Shown piece by piece: positions 1 to 10,018 of a stretch of 19,701 bases of DNA. Origin of the DNA: Nitrososphaeraceae archaeon (GTDB lineage Archaea; Thermoproteota; Nitrososphaeria; Nitrososphaerales; Nitrososphaeraceae); assembly GCA_035250975.1 (NCBI GenBank), contig DATFEP010000082.1, positions 1-19,701 on the forward strand. Direction: 5' to 3'. The position numbers and the translations under genes were made by a program. The notes under the pieces are model-generated. The model saw only the letters and a list, made by a program, of their open reading frames with translations. It did no database searches and had not been told where the DNA came from. How positions within the stretch are numbered: the first letter of the stretch is position 1; the number at the start of each line of letters is the position of its first letter.

Positions 1-240
1 GAATAGTAATCGTGAAAGCATCGGTTCTATTTGAAATACTGCTACTCGTTCTATCATGGTCTTCTAAAGGAGAATGCATTCTGTGTTTTAGGTATAAAAG
101 TTCAAGATTGCGGATATCTAGTAACACCATCAATGTAGACAATTTTTTCAGACTGATAGAGAACAAGAAAGTAAATAAATACAGAGAAAGAAGAATACAT
201 CATCAATCCTATGTTCTGTTTCTATTGTAATGATCAAAGG
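1..240 (-). mobile_element. Decayed IS6-family (IS240-like DDE) transposase remnant, truncated by the window edge
   Basis: Minus-strand translation across several frameshifts and a stop gives ITIETEHR ... KIVYIDGVTRYPQS*TFI/LKHRMHSPLE/TMIERV/QYFK/RTDAF/DYY. This follows the order of the archaeal IS6-type pattern as I remember it (WIAIEP..TVYTDGGTWYPQAC..LKHRLHS..EKSLIER..QYFKDRTE.FDDY). Confidence 0.75.
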
Positions 241-346
241 ATTCTTAGAAAGAAATAGCGCGTTATAGTTGAATAAATATCGTATAATTAAGTACTTCAT
301 ATATAACAAGTAAAAAGTAATAAGATACTAAGCTTTTCCAGCCTCA

Positions 347-436
347 TCATTCATCAGCAATATTATCTATATCTTCAAATTCGTCATATTCCGCTTCAAG
401 GTCTTCTTCAAATTCACTTTCAAGATCTTCAGACAT
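347..436 (-). CDS. 29-aa polyacidic microprotein MSEDLESEFEEDLEAEYDEFEDIDNIADE (not in the ORF track)
   Basis: ATG at 436, TGA at 349-347 followed directly by a second TGA. 16 of 29 residues are D/E and none is K/R. A TATA-like ATTATAT lies about 25 nt upstream on the minus strand. Confidence 0.55.
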   Translation of the reverse strand: MSEDLESEFEEDLEAEYDEFEDIDNIADE

Positions 437-557
437 AAAAATAATTGTACGACAAAAATAATATAATCTTTTATAAAAATTGTTATCTTACATCTTTAAA
501 TTTAAGTGTGGTATTAGAAAATAATTTATAAGAAAATATATACATTAATAATAAAAT

Positions 558-710
558 ATGGATGACAATACAAAAAACATAGAATACAACGAAACAAGTT
601 CATGTGAATATTGTGGAAATCTTATAGAAATGTGTATGTGTGTTTGTCCATATTGTGGTGAAAGAAATTCATGTGAATGTTGTTTACATGATGCAGTTAC
701 AGGAGGATAA
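558..710 (+). CDS. 50-aa Cys-rich microprotein MDDNTKNIEYNETSSCEYCGNLIEMCMCVCPYCGERNSCECCLHDAVTGG; putative metal or Fe-S binding (not in the ORF track)
   Basis: ATG 558 to TAA 708-710. Nine Cys in the pattern CxxC-x6-CxCxCPxC-x5-CxCC, C-terminal Gly-Gly. TATA-like TTTATAAG at 525-532, about 26 nt upstream. Confidence 0.8.
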   Translation: MDDNTKNIEYNETSSCEYCGNLIEMCMCVCPYCGERNSCECCLHDAVTGG

Positions 711-761
711 TACAAATATATTTTAAACTATTAATAGAAAGGCATATCAATTAAGTACTAA

Positions 762-3669
<2,908 letters not shown>

Positions 3670-3732
3670 GTAGTGTTCGACATACCTAAAATTTAAGACG
3701 AAAACCACTATTAATACTGTTACAAAAATGTA

Positions 3733-4020
3733 TAATCAGGTTGCAACTATCATAGGTATCTATACGATCTTTTACAAGTTAAAGGTTATAACATAGAAGT
3801 AGCATCCATTAAATTAATGGTCAAGGTAATAGCATATGATAAGTCAATACAGAAAAGAAGCAGATGCTATAATAATACTAGCAGATGTACAGGGATTGCA
3901 TATGATGTTACAATGTTATATTACCCTAAATAAGGGAAGAATTGAGATCTAGCCAGACGCATACTATTTGTAAACATAGGAACGACGTTCAAAAACAATA
4001 TAAACATCGATATTTCAAGC
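3733..4020 (+). mobile_element. Decayed IS110-family transposase fragment (DEDD RuvC-like domain to coiled-coil region)
   Basis: Frame-hopping translation: *SGCNYHRYLYDLLQVKGYNIEVASIKLMVKVIAYDK / EADAIIILADVQGLHMMLQCYI / DLARRILFVNIGTTFKNNINIDISS. This matches the IS110 order ES..YLYDLL..G..V.VAHP..VK.IA..K.KTDK.DA..LA....M..CY.P....LRDL.RRR...V..RT..KN.IH (consensus from memory). The Glu of ES is a TAA here. Confidence 0.75.
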
Positions 4021-4180
4021 TTTCGTACAATCAATATAATATATTTATGAAACTATATTACCTATCGTAAAAATGACTATTTCAAGAACATATCACAATA
4101 AAGATCAATAAAGATAGACAAGAGTTAATCTTCAGATATTCGGATAATTATTAATATCTAGTTGAATAGCTTTTAAAGAT

Positions 4181-4210
4181 AAAAAATGCAAAAAATTAAA
4201 AGAAAAAATG
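4181..4210 (-). terminator. Oligo-T tracts downstream of amoA (archaeal intrinsic terminator candidate)
   Basis: Several A runs on the plus strand, read as T runs on the minus strand, immediately after the amoA stop. Confidence 0.45.
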
Positions 4211-4218
4211 AAGGATTT

Positions 4219-4869
4219 TTAATCCCATTTACTCCAGGCTGCCATCCATCGATAAGTCCAAGTATTTAGTTTAGCACCTAAAGCCGCTATCGGGACACTG
4301 AGTACCGCACCAGCTCCAGCACCTAAAGCCACCGGACTATTATAGAACTTACCGACCTGGGGTTCAATTGGTGTCATATACGGAGGCAACGTGGGCCTAG
4401 GATATTTGAATGCCATTTCTAACGGATCCTTCACCAGCAAGAGGTTTATCATATTAAATACTGGAAGAGACATTCCTACTAGTGTTCCACCAATTAGAAT
4501 TGCAGCATGTTTGTTTCTTCTTGTTGCCCAATATGTGAGGTCTAATAGCATTGCTGAAGGAATCCAAACTGGTGTTACTATGAAATCGTATGGATATCCC
4601 AAAGCGAACCATGCACCTTTCGCAACCCATGTGTATATAGTCATAATTGTAGCATAGTATGTAGCTGTACCTGGAACTCCCGTAAAGAGCATATAATAAA
4701 TCGCTCCTACCACAAGCATAGTAGATTGTGAAATAGAAAATACGACAAATGAAGTCCAAGCCCAATCGGTATAGAAGATATAGTCACCCGCATTGATTGT
4801 TAATAATGTACTGTTAACAGCAACCACCACTATGAATAGATAGTGCGTTGTACGTCGTAGCCAGACCAT
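4219..4869 (-). CDS. amoA: Ammonia monooxygenase subunit A (archaeal), 216 aa
   Basis: MVWLRRTTHYLFIVVVAVNSTLLTINAGDYIFYTDWAWTSF ... WTYRWMAAWSKWD is the canonical AOA AmoA. Start moved from 4884 to 4869 because of the canonical MVWLRR N-terminus and TATA spacing. Confidence 0.99.
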   Translation of the reverse strand: MVWLRRTTHYLFIVVVAVNSTLLTINAGDYIFYTDWAWTSFVVFSISQSTMLVVGAIYYMLFTGVPGTATYYATIMTIYTWVAKGAWFALGYPYDFIVTPVWIPSAMLLDLTYWATRRNKHAAILIGGTLVGMSLPVFNMINLLLVKDPLEMAFKYPRPTLPPYMTPIEPQVGKFYNSPVALGAGAGAVLSVPIAALGAKLNTWTYRWMAAWSKWD

Positions 4870-4892
4870 TAACAACCTACGCATGAATGTTG

Positions 4893-4900
4893 TATATAAA
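4893..4900 (-). promoter_or_regulatory. TATA box of amoA (TTTATATA), implying its own near-leaderless transcript
   Basis: TTTATATA on the minus strand ends 24 nt before the ATG at 4869 and is preceded by an A-rich BRE-like run. Confidence 0.7.
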
Positions 4901-4950
4901 ATTTTATTTTTTTATTTGAAATAATTTGTATCCAAATATACACTATTTAA

Positions 4951-4976
4951 TCTATAATTTATGCATAATTTATAGA
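4951..4976. promoter_or_regulatory. 26-bp near-perfect palindrome upstream of the amoA promoter (candidate transcription-factor site)
   Basis: TCTATAATTTATGCATAATTTATAGA: 12 of 13 symmetric pairs match. Confidence 0.4.
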
Positions 4977-5032
4977 AAACCTAGAAAATTGTGTTATTAA
5001 AATAAAAAATTAAGGTTAATGGGAAAAATTAT

Positions 5033-5329
5033 TTATGGACGAACTGGCATCTTTTCGCCTGCAACTTTCATAATAAAGATAATTCCCAATACTTCTATGA
5101 CAGTTAAAACCGATAATGCAAACATTCCACTAGGTAAAGGGTACGCCCATGGATATACAGTGACACCAACATATATACCACCTGCAGTCGCGACCCAACA
5201 TAAAATGAAGCCTAAAATGAAAATTCCTCTCATGTTTTCAACTCTACGGCCGATCATGCGCTCTATTTCATCACGATTGCCACCATCAATTCTTCCCCCA
5301 CCGCTCGTATATCCTTTTGGTAAAGTCAT
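5033..5329 (-). CDS. amoX: Ammonia monooxygenase subunit X (AOA-specific small membrane subunit)
   Basis: 98 aa with a Gly-rich N-terminus, the IERMIGRRVENM motif and two hydrophobic helices joined by YPWAYPLPSG. Lies directly upstream of amoA, the usual amoX position. Confidence 0.88.
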   Translation of the reverse strand: MTLPKGYTSGGGRIDGGNRDEIERMIGRRVENMRGIFILGFILCWVATAGGIYVGVTVYPWAYPLPSGMFALSVLTVIEVLGIIFIMKVAGEKMPVRP

Positions 5330-5353
5330 TTAATATGTATGTCTCAATCTGCC

Positions 5354-5488
5354 TTTTTAAATTTTGCTATTTATTAATATTTTTTTAATATAAAAATGTG
5401 CATAAAATTCAGTACAAATTTATGTTAATAACTTGATTGCACAAAGATTCATAGATTAGAGTTAAAGAAAAAACAGCAAAACATATAT
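5354..5488. promoter_or_regulatory. Divergent amoX/amoB promoter region
   Basis: Minus strand: AGCAAAA-TTTAAAAA (5368-5354), 25 nt above the amoX ATG. Plus strand: AGCAAAA-CATATAT (5475-5488), about 32 nt above the amoB ATG. The same BRE-position heptamer precedes both TATA-like boxes. Confidence 0.55.
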
Positions 5489-5519
5489 CCATGTTATTCA
5501 TCTTCCCTAATATACGAAT

Positions 5520-6077
5520 ATGATGAAAAGTGCATTAGCTGTAACTATCGCCATAGTTATTGTGATGTCCACTGCAGTTACCCTTATTCCAATTAAAGAT
5601 GCAGAAGGTCATGGTGTCCAAGCTCAGCTTCAAAGTAGATTTGTAAGAATTCAAGATGAAGCATTTTCAGCACAAACATTACAGACAGGTGAAGAACTGA
5701 CTGTAACAGGAACTTTACAGAGTCTAGTTAATAGACCACTTAGAGCATGGATTTCGCTCTTTAGTGAATCCACAAATGCAGGTAATAGATGGGAATTCAC
5801 ATCAAGGGATCCACCAGGAAATGTTTTTGAGATTCAACCTCAGGCTACAGTTCCATACACAGTCACAGCAAAAGCTCTGGAACCGGGTGTATATCATGTA
5901 CATACACAGTTGAACGTAGCATCAGTAGGTCCAGGGTTAGGTCCGGGACAGACTGTGCAAGTAAGTGGAGAAGCAATATTGAAACCAGTTCCGTGGCAAA
6001 ACGTTTGGTATCAGGTAATACTTATAGGTGCTGGATTAGGAGTAACTTTTGCGACTAGACCGTGGCAAGTAATTTAA
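5520..6077 (+). CDS. amoB: Ammonia monooxygenase subunit B (archaeal)
   Basis: Signal peptide ending AEG, followed by HGVQAQLQSRFVRI (mature N-terminal His31). YHVHTQL HxH copper-site motif, GPGLGPG, a C-terminal TM helix and FATRPWQVI. Confidence 0.98.
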   Translation: MMKSALAVTIAIVIVMSTAVTLIPIKDAEGHGVQAQLQSRFVRIQDEAFSAQTLQTGEELTVTGTLQSLVNRPLRAWISLFSESTNAGNRWEFTSRDPPGNVFEIQPQATVPYTVTAKALEPGVYHVHTQLNVASVGPGLGPGQTVQVSGEAILKPVPWQNVWYQVILIGAGLGVTFATRPWQVI

Positions 6078-6086
6078 AACAACCTA

Positions 6087-6098
6087 TTTTTTTTATTT
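6087..6098 (+). terminator. Oligo-T terminator candidate after amoB
   Basis: TTTTTTTTATTT about 10 nt after the stop codon. Confidence 0.5.
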
Positions 6099-6288
6099 GT
6101 AAGATATCTTATTGTGTTTGTATTTTATTTCGCGAATAATAGTCATAATTACCAACCATAACGATTAATATTTTTATTGTACGCTTGTTACATTAGTTTA
6201 ATGATACAATTTATTTTTAATTATATCATTCAATTTTGTTAATAAATATTTTTTAAGAATTATATATATAGATAATAATATTTTTTAT

Positions 6289-6660
6289 ATGCCATCTAAA
6301 AATTTAGAATTTGATATTATTTACGGAAAAATTTTTTCTCTAGTTAACGAATTAAAAAATGATGGAATTGATGTTAAAATAAAGATGGAGAAGAAGTCTG
6401 GTTTCTTGGGAATATATACGTCCAATTTCAATATGTTAGGAAATGCAAAAAATGGATTAAAAGACATTCTAGAACTCTCTTATACAACAGCTGAGCATCA
6501 TCCATATTGGAACATGCTTTATAATGCATCTGAAATAATAAACACAATTTTAGATTCATGGGATATTGATTTCAGTGATGATCAAATAAAAGAGATGGTT
6601 TGGCGAAATAATGAAATAAGATATAATCTAACTAAATTAGAATCTGATAGTAATAAATAG
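6289..6660 (+). CDS. Hypothetical soluble alpha-helical protein, 123 aa
   Basis: Clean ORF with a TATA-like TTATATATA about 20-28 nt upstream. Distinctive ELSYTTAEHHPYW motif, no TM segment. Function not recognised. Confidence 0.75.
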   Translation: MPSKNLEFDIIYGKIFSLVNELKNDGIDVKIKMEKKSGFLGIYTSNFNMLGNAKNGLKDILELSYTTAEHHPYWNMLYNASEIINTILDSWDIDFSDDQIKEMVWRNNEIRYNLTKLESDSNK

Positions 6661-6723
6661 TGACCAAGTTTATCAGTAGTGCTATAAACTTAATAGTATA
6701 AGAAATATGAAAATAATTACCCG

Positions 6724-7437
6724 ATGAAATGGTTTATCATTTTATTTGTTATTACCCTTTCATTTTTAATAGTATTCAAATTTCTGTATTTTGAGAATTC
6801 ATTTCCATTCTTCAATTTATCTTCTCCGTTAGGAAGTAATAACAATACCTCTTTTTATGTAAATGGTTCTCTGTTTTCATTGATAATATTAGGAGACCAA
6901 AATCCAATAGAACATGATAACAGTATTTCCAATTTATTACCTTTCAAGGCAAAGGAAAAAAATACCGATGTAGTTGATCTCGTTACATCCAGTCTTATTG
7001 ACATACTCATAAATCAGGAGTCAAAGTTTTCGTTAGATGAATTACTTCCAGATTCTGAAATAGCGGATAATAAAAATTATAATAATATGGGAAAGTTGTT
7101 GATTCTTAATGGTAGTTGGATCTTAGATGTAAAAAATGGAGAAATAATCTCTTTCACTGCCAAGATATCTAAAATTTCCAAAGATGGAATTTCCCCTCAT
7201 ACATACGAAATTCTTAATTTCATAGACGAAACTGATACTCCAATACGATTGTCAGAAACTGAAAATAATATCATAAAAGGCAAAGCACAGATAATTACGC
7301 CAAATGACATCATCAATGTTGATCTCTATTTGATTTTACAAAGAAATACAATTAGTATTATTCTACAACCAAAAATAATAGATGATGATTATCTAGGGCA
7401 ACCAATATACGGATTGACCGACTATATTAGAACTTAA
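6724..7437 (+). CDS. Hypothetical exported or membrane-anchored protein, 237 aa
   Basis: N-terminal hydrophobic anchor. The beta-rich C-terminal part (GSWILDVKNGEIISFTA..DG..PHTYEILNF..GQPIYG) resembles an extracellular domain I associate with Nitrososphaeraceae paralog families (recollection, not searched). Confidence 0.7.
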   Translation: MKWFIILFVITLSFLIVFKFLYFENSFPFFNLSSPLGSNNNTSFYVNGSLFSLIILGDQNPIEHDNSISNLLPFKAKEKNTDVVDLVTSSLIDILINQESKFSLDELLPDSEIADNKNYNNMGKLLILNGSWILDVKNGEIISFTAKISKISKDGISPHTYEILNFIDETDTPIRLSETENNIIKGKAQIITPNDIINVDLYLILQRNTISIILQPKIIDDDYLGQPIYGLTDYIRT

Positions 7438-7726
7438 TTAATTTTGCTTATCGTATATCGTAAATTTTTATATTTTTATATCGTAACTTTGAATTGCTCA
7501 TAACTATTTATATTATTTTGCTATTTTATAAAAGTCGTTAGCAAGATTGTGACTCTCATCAGAAATAAATTCCTGTCGTTTGTCTATGCTTTAATAATGA
7601 TGTATATAATATTATAATTATAATATTGAATATTATCTAAAAAATATATCAAAATAATACTCCTTGAATTAATGCTATATTTAAAAACTAAACCTATAAT
7701 AGTTGCTTTTTTAATAATTTTAAAGC

Positions 7727-8698
7727 ATGAATATATCTCTTGTGGCAACCGAATTAGAGCCCAAGGGTCTTAAATTCAAGAATTTAAAAAATGGACAGTT
7801 AGTTCAAGGAACAACACTAGTAAAACGAGGCTTTGCCCATATGCAAAAACATGGAGTAATCATGGACGTCACTACAGTAGAACAAGCACATATAGCAGAG
7901 GATGCCGGAGCCGTAGCGGTTATGGTTCTAGATAAATTACCATATGATGTCAGAAAGGTCGGGGGAGTAGCAAGAACTGCTAGTATAAAAATTATAGAAG
8001 AGATAATGGATGAAATTACAATTCCAATCATGGCTAAATGTAGAATAGGACATATTTCGGAGGCAAAGATGTTAGAAGCTGTTGGTGTAGATATGATAGA
8101 TGAGAGTGAGGTCCTTACTCCGGCTGATGAGGAAAATCATATCTGGAAATGGGATTTTACTACTCCATTTGTTAATGGTGCAAAGAATCTTGCAGAAGCT
8201 TTACGTAGAATAGAAGAAGGAAGTTCTATGATTAGAACAAAAGGAGAACCAGGAACAGGAAATATAGCCGAGGCAGTTAGACATATAAAAAATGTAAATA
8301 ATGATATCAGAAAAATAAATTCTATATACCAGAGAAACGATGATCTTGAGTTAATTAGTTTTGCTCGAGAATTAAAAGTTTCATACACGTTAGTTAAAGA
8401 AACGGCAAGACTTTCTAGGCTACCTGTTGTAAATTTTGCAGCTGGAGGTATAGCTACACCTGCAGATGCTGCTTTAGTTATGAATTATGGTTGTGATGGT
8501 GTTTTTGTAGGTTCAGGTATTTTTAAGGCAGAAGACCCAGACCAGCGAGCTAGAGCAATCGTTCTAGCTACAACCTATTACGACGATCCAAAAGTCGTTA
8601 TGGAAGCTCAAAAAATGGTTGATGAAAGAAAATCTCTTTTAGGTTTGGATACAAAAAACCTTGAATTACGTATGCAAGAAAGAGGCCCATCAATTTGA
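7727..8698 (+). CDS. pdxS: Pyridoxal 5'-phosphate synthase, lyase subunit
   Basis: [81 protein letters not shown]-terminal MQERG. Confidence 0.97.
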   Translation: MNISLVATELEPKGLKFKNLKNGQLVQGTTLVKRGFAHMQKHGVIMDVTTVEQAHIAEDAGAVAVMVLDKLPYDVRKVGGVARTASIKIIEEIMDEITIPIMAKCRIGHISEAKMLEAVGVDMIDESEVLTPADEENHIWKWDFTTPFVNGAKNLAEALRRIEEGSSMIRTKGEPGTGNIAEAVRHIKNVNNDIRKINSIYQRNDDLELISFARELKVSYTLVKETARLSRLPVVNFAAGGIATPADAALVMNYGCDGVFVGSGIFKAEDPDQRARAIVLATTYYDDPKVVMEAQKMVDERKSLLGLDTKNLELRMQERGPSI

Positions 8699-9324
8699 GT
8701 GAAATAAACATAGGTGTACTCGGTTTTCAAGGTGACATAGAGGAAAACATTATTTCGACAAAGGAGGCATTAAAGAATATGGATTTAAATGGAATAGTAC
8801 GGCCAATCCGTCATTCAGAATCGATTGAAAATTTGGATGGTTTGATATTGCCTGGGGGAGAAAGTACTGTTATAGGAAATTTAGTTTGTCTTTATAATGG
8901 TCAAATGTTTCAAACAATAAAAAAACGAGTTTCAGAAGGACTACCAGTTATGGGTACATGTGCAGGTTTGATCATGTTATCCAAAAGGGCATACGATAAA
9001 GTTGTTGGGGAAACAAGACAGCAGTTATTGGAAGTATTGAATGTTGTTGTAGAACGAAATGCATTTGGAAGACAACATAATTCATTTGAAATGGATCTTG
9101 AAATCCCAGTCTTGGGAAAGACTCCTTTCAGAGGAATCTTTATCAGGGCTCCAATAATTACTGATATACAAGATAATGTTAATATTATTTCCTCATTTGA
9201 TGATAAAATAGTGGCAGTAAACCAAGATAACATTCTTGCCACATCTTTTCATCCGGAATTATCATCTGATAGTAGAATGCATGAATTATTTGTAAAAAAA
9301 GTTTTGGGGTTTAAAAAAACCTAA
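8695..9324 (+). CDS. pdxT: Pyridoxal 5'-phosphate synthase, glutaminase subunit
   Basis: [40 protein letters not shown]. The TTG start overlaps the pdxS TGA (TTGA). Confidence 0.96.
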   Translation: MSEINIGVLGFQGDIEENIISTKEALKNMDLNGIVRPIRHSESIENLDGLILPGGESTVIGNLVCLYNGQMFQTIKKRVSEGLPVMGTCAGLIMLSKRAYDKVVGETRQQLLEVLNVVVERNAFGRQHNSFEMDLEIPVLGKTPFRGIFIRAPIITDIQDNVNIISSFDDKIVAVNQDNILATSFHPELSSDSRMHELFVKKVLGFKKT

Positions 9325-9347
9325 AAATTGATTTTTTAAAATGCAAA

Positions 9348-9464
9348 TGCGGGGGGTGGGATTTGAACCCACGAACCTCTAAAGGACGGGATCCCACATT
9401 TTTTAGATCTTAAGTCCCGCGTCTCCAAATTGTTTTTTATTTGGCCAGGCTCTACAACCCCCGC
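9348..9464 (-). tRNA. tRNA-Leu(UAA) with two 16-nt introns (23/24 at 9438-9423; 37/38 at 9408-9393); CCA not encoded
   Basis: Removing both inserts gives an 85-nt cloverleaf GCGGGGG-TT-GTAGAGCCTGGCCAAATAC-G-CGGGA-CTTAAGA-TCCCG-TCCTTTAGAGGTTC-GTGGG-TTCAAAT-CCCAC-CCCCCGC-A with a long variable arm. Anticodon TAA at 9412-9410. TTTAATA box about 27 nt upstream. Confidence 0.93.
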
Positions 9465-9555
9465 CTGTATTGCAAGTCGGCTAATCCTGATATTAAACCT
9501 TACAGTAAAATTAAAAATCTAATTACAGACTTTATAATATAATTCTATTTGAATT

Positions 9556-9852
9556 TTATGGAAATGGTACTGCAATAAATGGTAGTTTAAAAGGAACATC
9601 CTTTTTTTTATCTTTAGCATCTTTATCTTTAGCATCTTTATCTTCATCTTCGTCACTTCCAAATAATTCATCTAGCGAAATATCTTCGTCGTCATTCTTT
9701 CCATTATTTATTTCATCCTTGCCACCGCCTTCATCCTTGCCACCGCCTTCATCCCCTTTACCATATGCTAAATCGTTAAATAACGAAAAATCGAAACCAA
9801 CTAATAGTAATAAACTTACTAATAATGAAAGGTATAATTTTTTTCTAATCAA
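9556..9852 (-). CDS. Small exported low-complexity acidic protein with a C-terminal PFKLPFIAVPFP tail
   Basis: TTG start, basic-hydrophobic signal peptide ending LAYG, D/E/K/G-rich body containing in-frame tandem repeats. Confidence 0.7.
   Translation of the reverse strand: MIRKKLYLSLLVSLLLLVGFDFSLFNDLAYGKGDEGGGKDEGGGKDEINNGKNDDEDISLDELFGSDEDEDKDAKDKDAKDKKKDVPFKLPFIAVPFP
9607..9644. repeat. 15-bp in-frame tandem repeat (DAKDK), about 2.5 copies
   Basis: TTTATCTTTAGCATC at 9607-9621 and 9622-9636, plus a partial copy. Confidence 0.85.
9712..9754. repeat. 18-bp in-frame tandem repeat (GGGKDE), about 2.4 copies
   Basis: TTCATCCTTGCCACCGCC at 9712-9729 and 9730-9747, plus a partial TTCATCC. 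Confidence 0.85.
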
Positions 9853-10018
9853 TTATAGTACGGATCATCATATATTTTAAATTATATTAGGTTTAAGTAA
9901 GGTATTACTATATCATAATACTGGTATATTTCATAGAATTTATTTCTATACAAAACTTTCATGATATTGTTTGTAATCAATTAACTATGATGAAATGATT
10001 TATGAACATTTCAGAATA

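Noticed and set aside
12-230. 72-aa plus-strand ORF
   Set aside because: Antisense to the IS6-like remnant and has no recognisable protein features.
4096-4115. CAATAAAGAT tandem duplication as a transposon footprint
   Set aside because: Only two A-rich 10-mers; slippage or chance explains it.
4870-4884. MRRLL N-terminal extension of AmoA
   Set aside because: The ATG at 4884 is only 9 nt from the TATA box, upstream of the expected transcription start; the canonical start is 4869.
4391-5333. ORFs 4391..4657, 4454..4765 and 5019..5333
   Set aside because: Shadows of amoA and amoX.
6289-7437. Genes after amoB as amoC, amoY or amoZ
   Set aside because: No AmoC motifs or multi-TM profile; the 123-aa protein has no TM helix and the 237-aa protein is too long and beta-rich.
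7449-7627. TATCGTA x3 (7449-7485) and the perfect 20-bp palindrome AATATTATAATTATAATATT (7608-7627) upstream of pdxS
   Set aside because: Short or purely A/T low-complexity sequence in a very AT-rich spacer; not distinguishable from background without comparative data.
7804-9242. ORFs 7804..8031, 8137..8388 and 8910..9242
   Set aside because: Antisense shadows of pdxS and pdxT.
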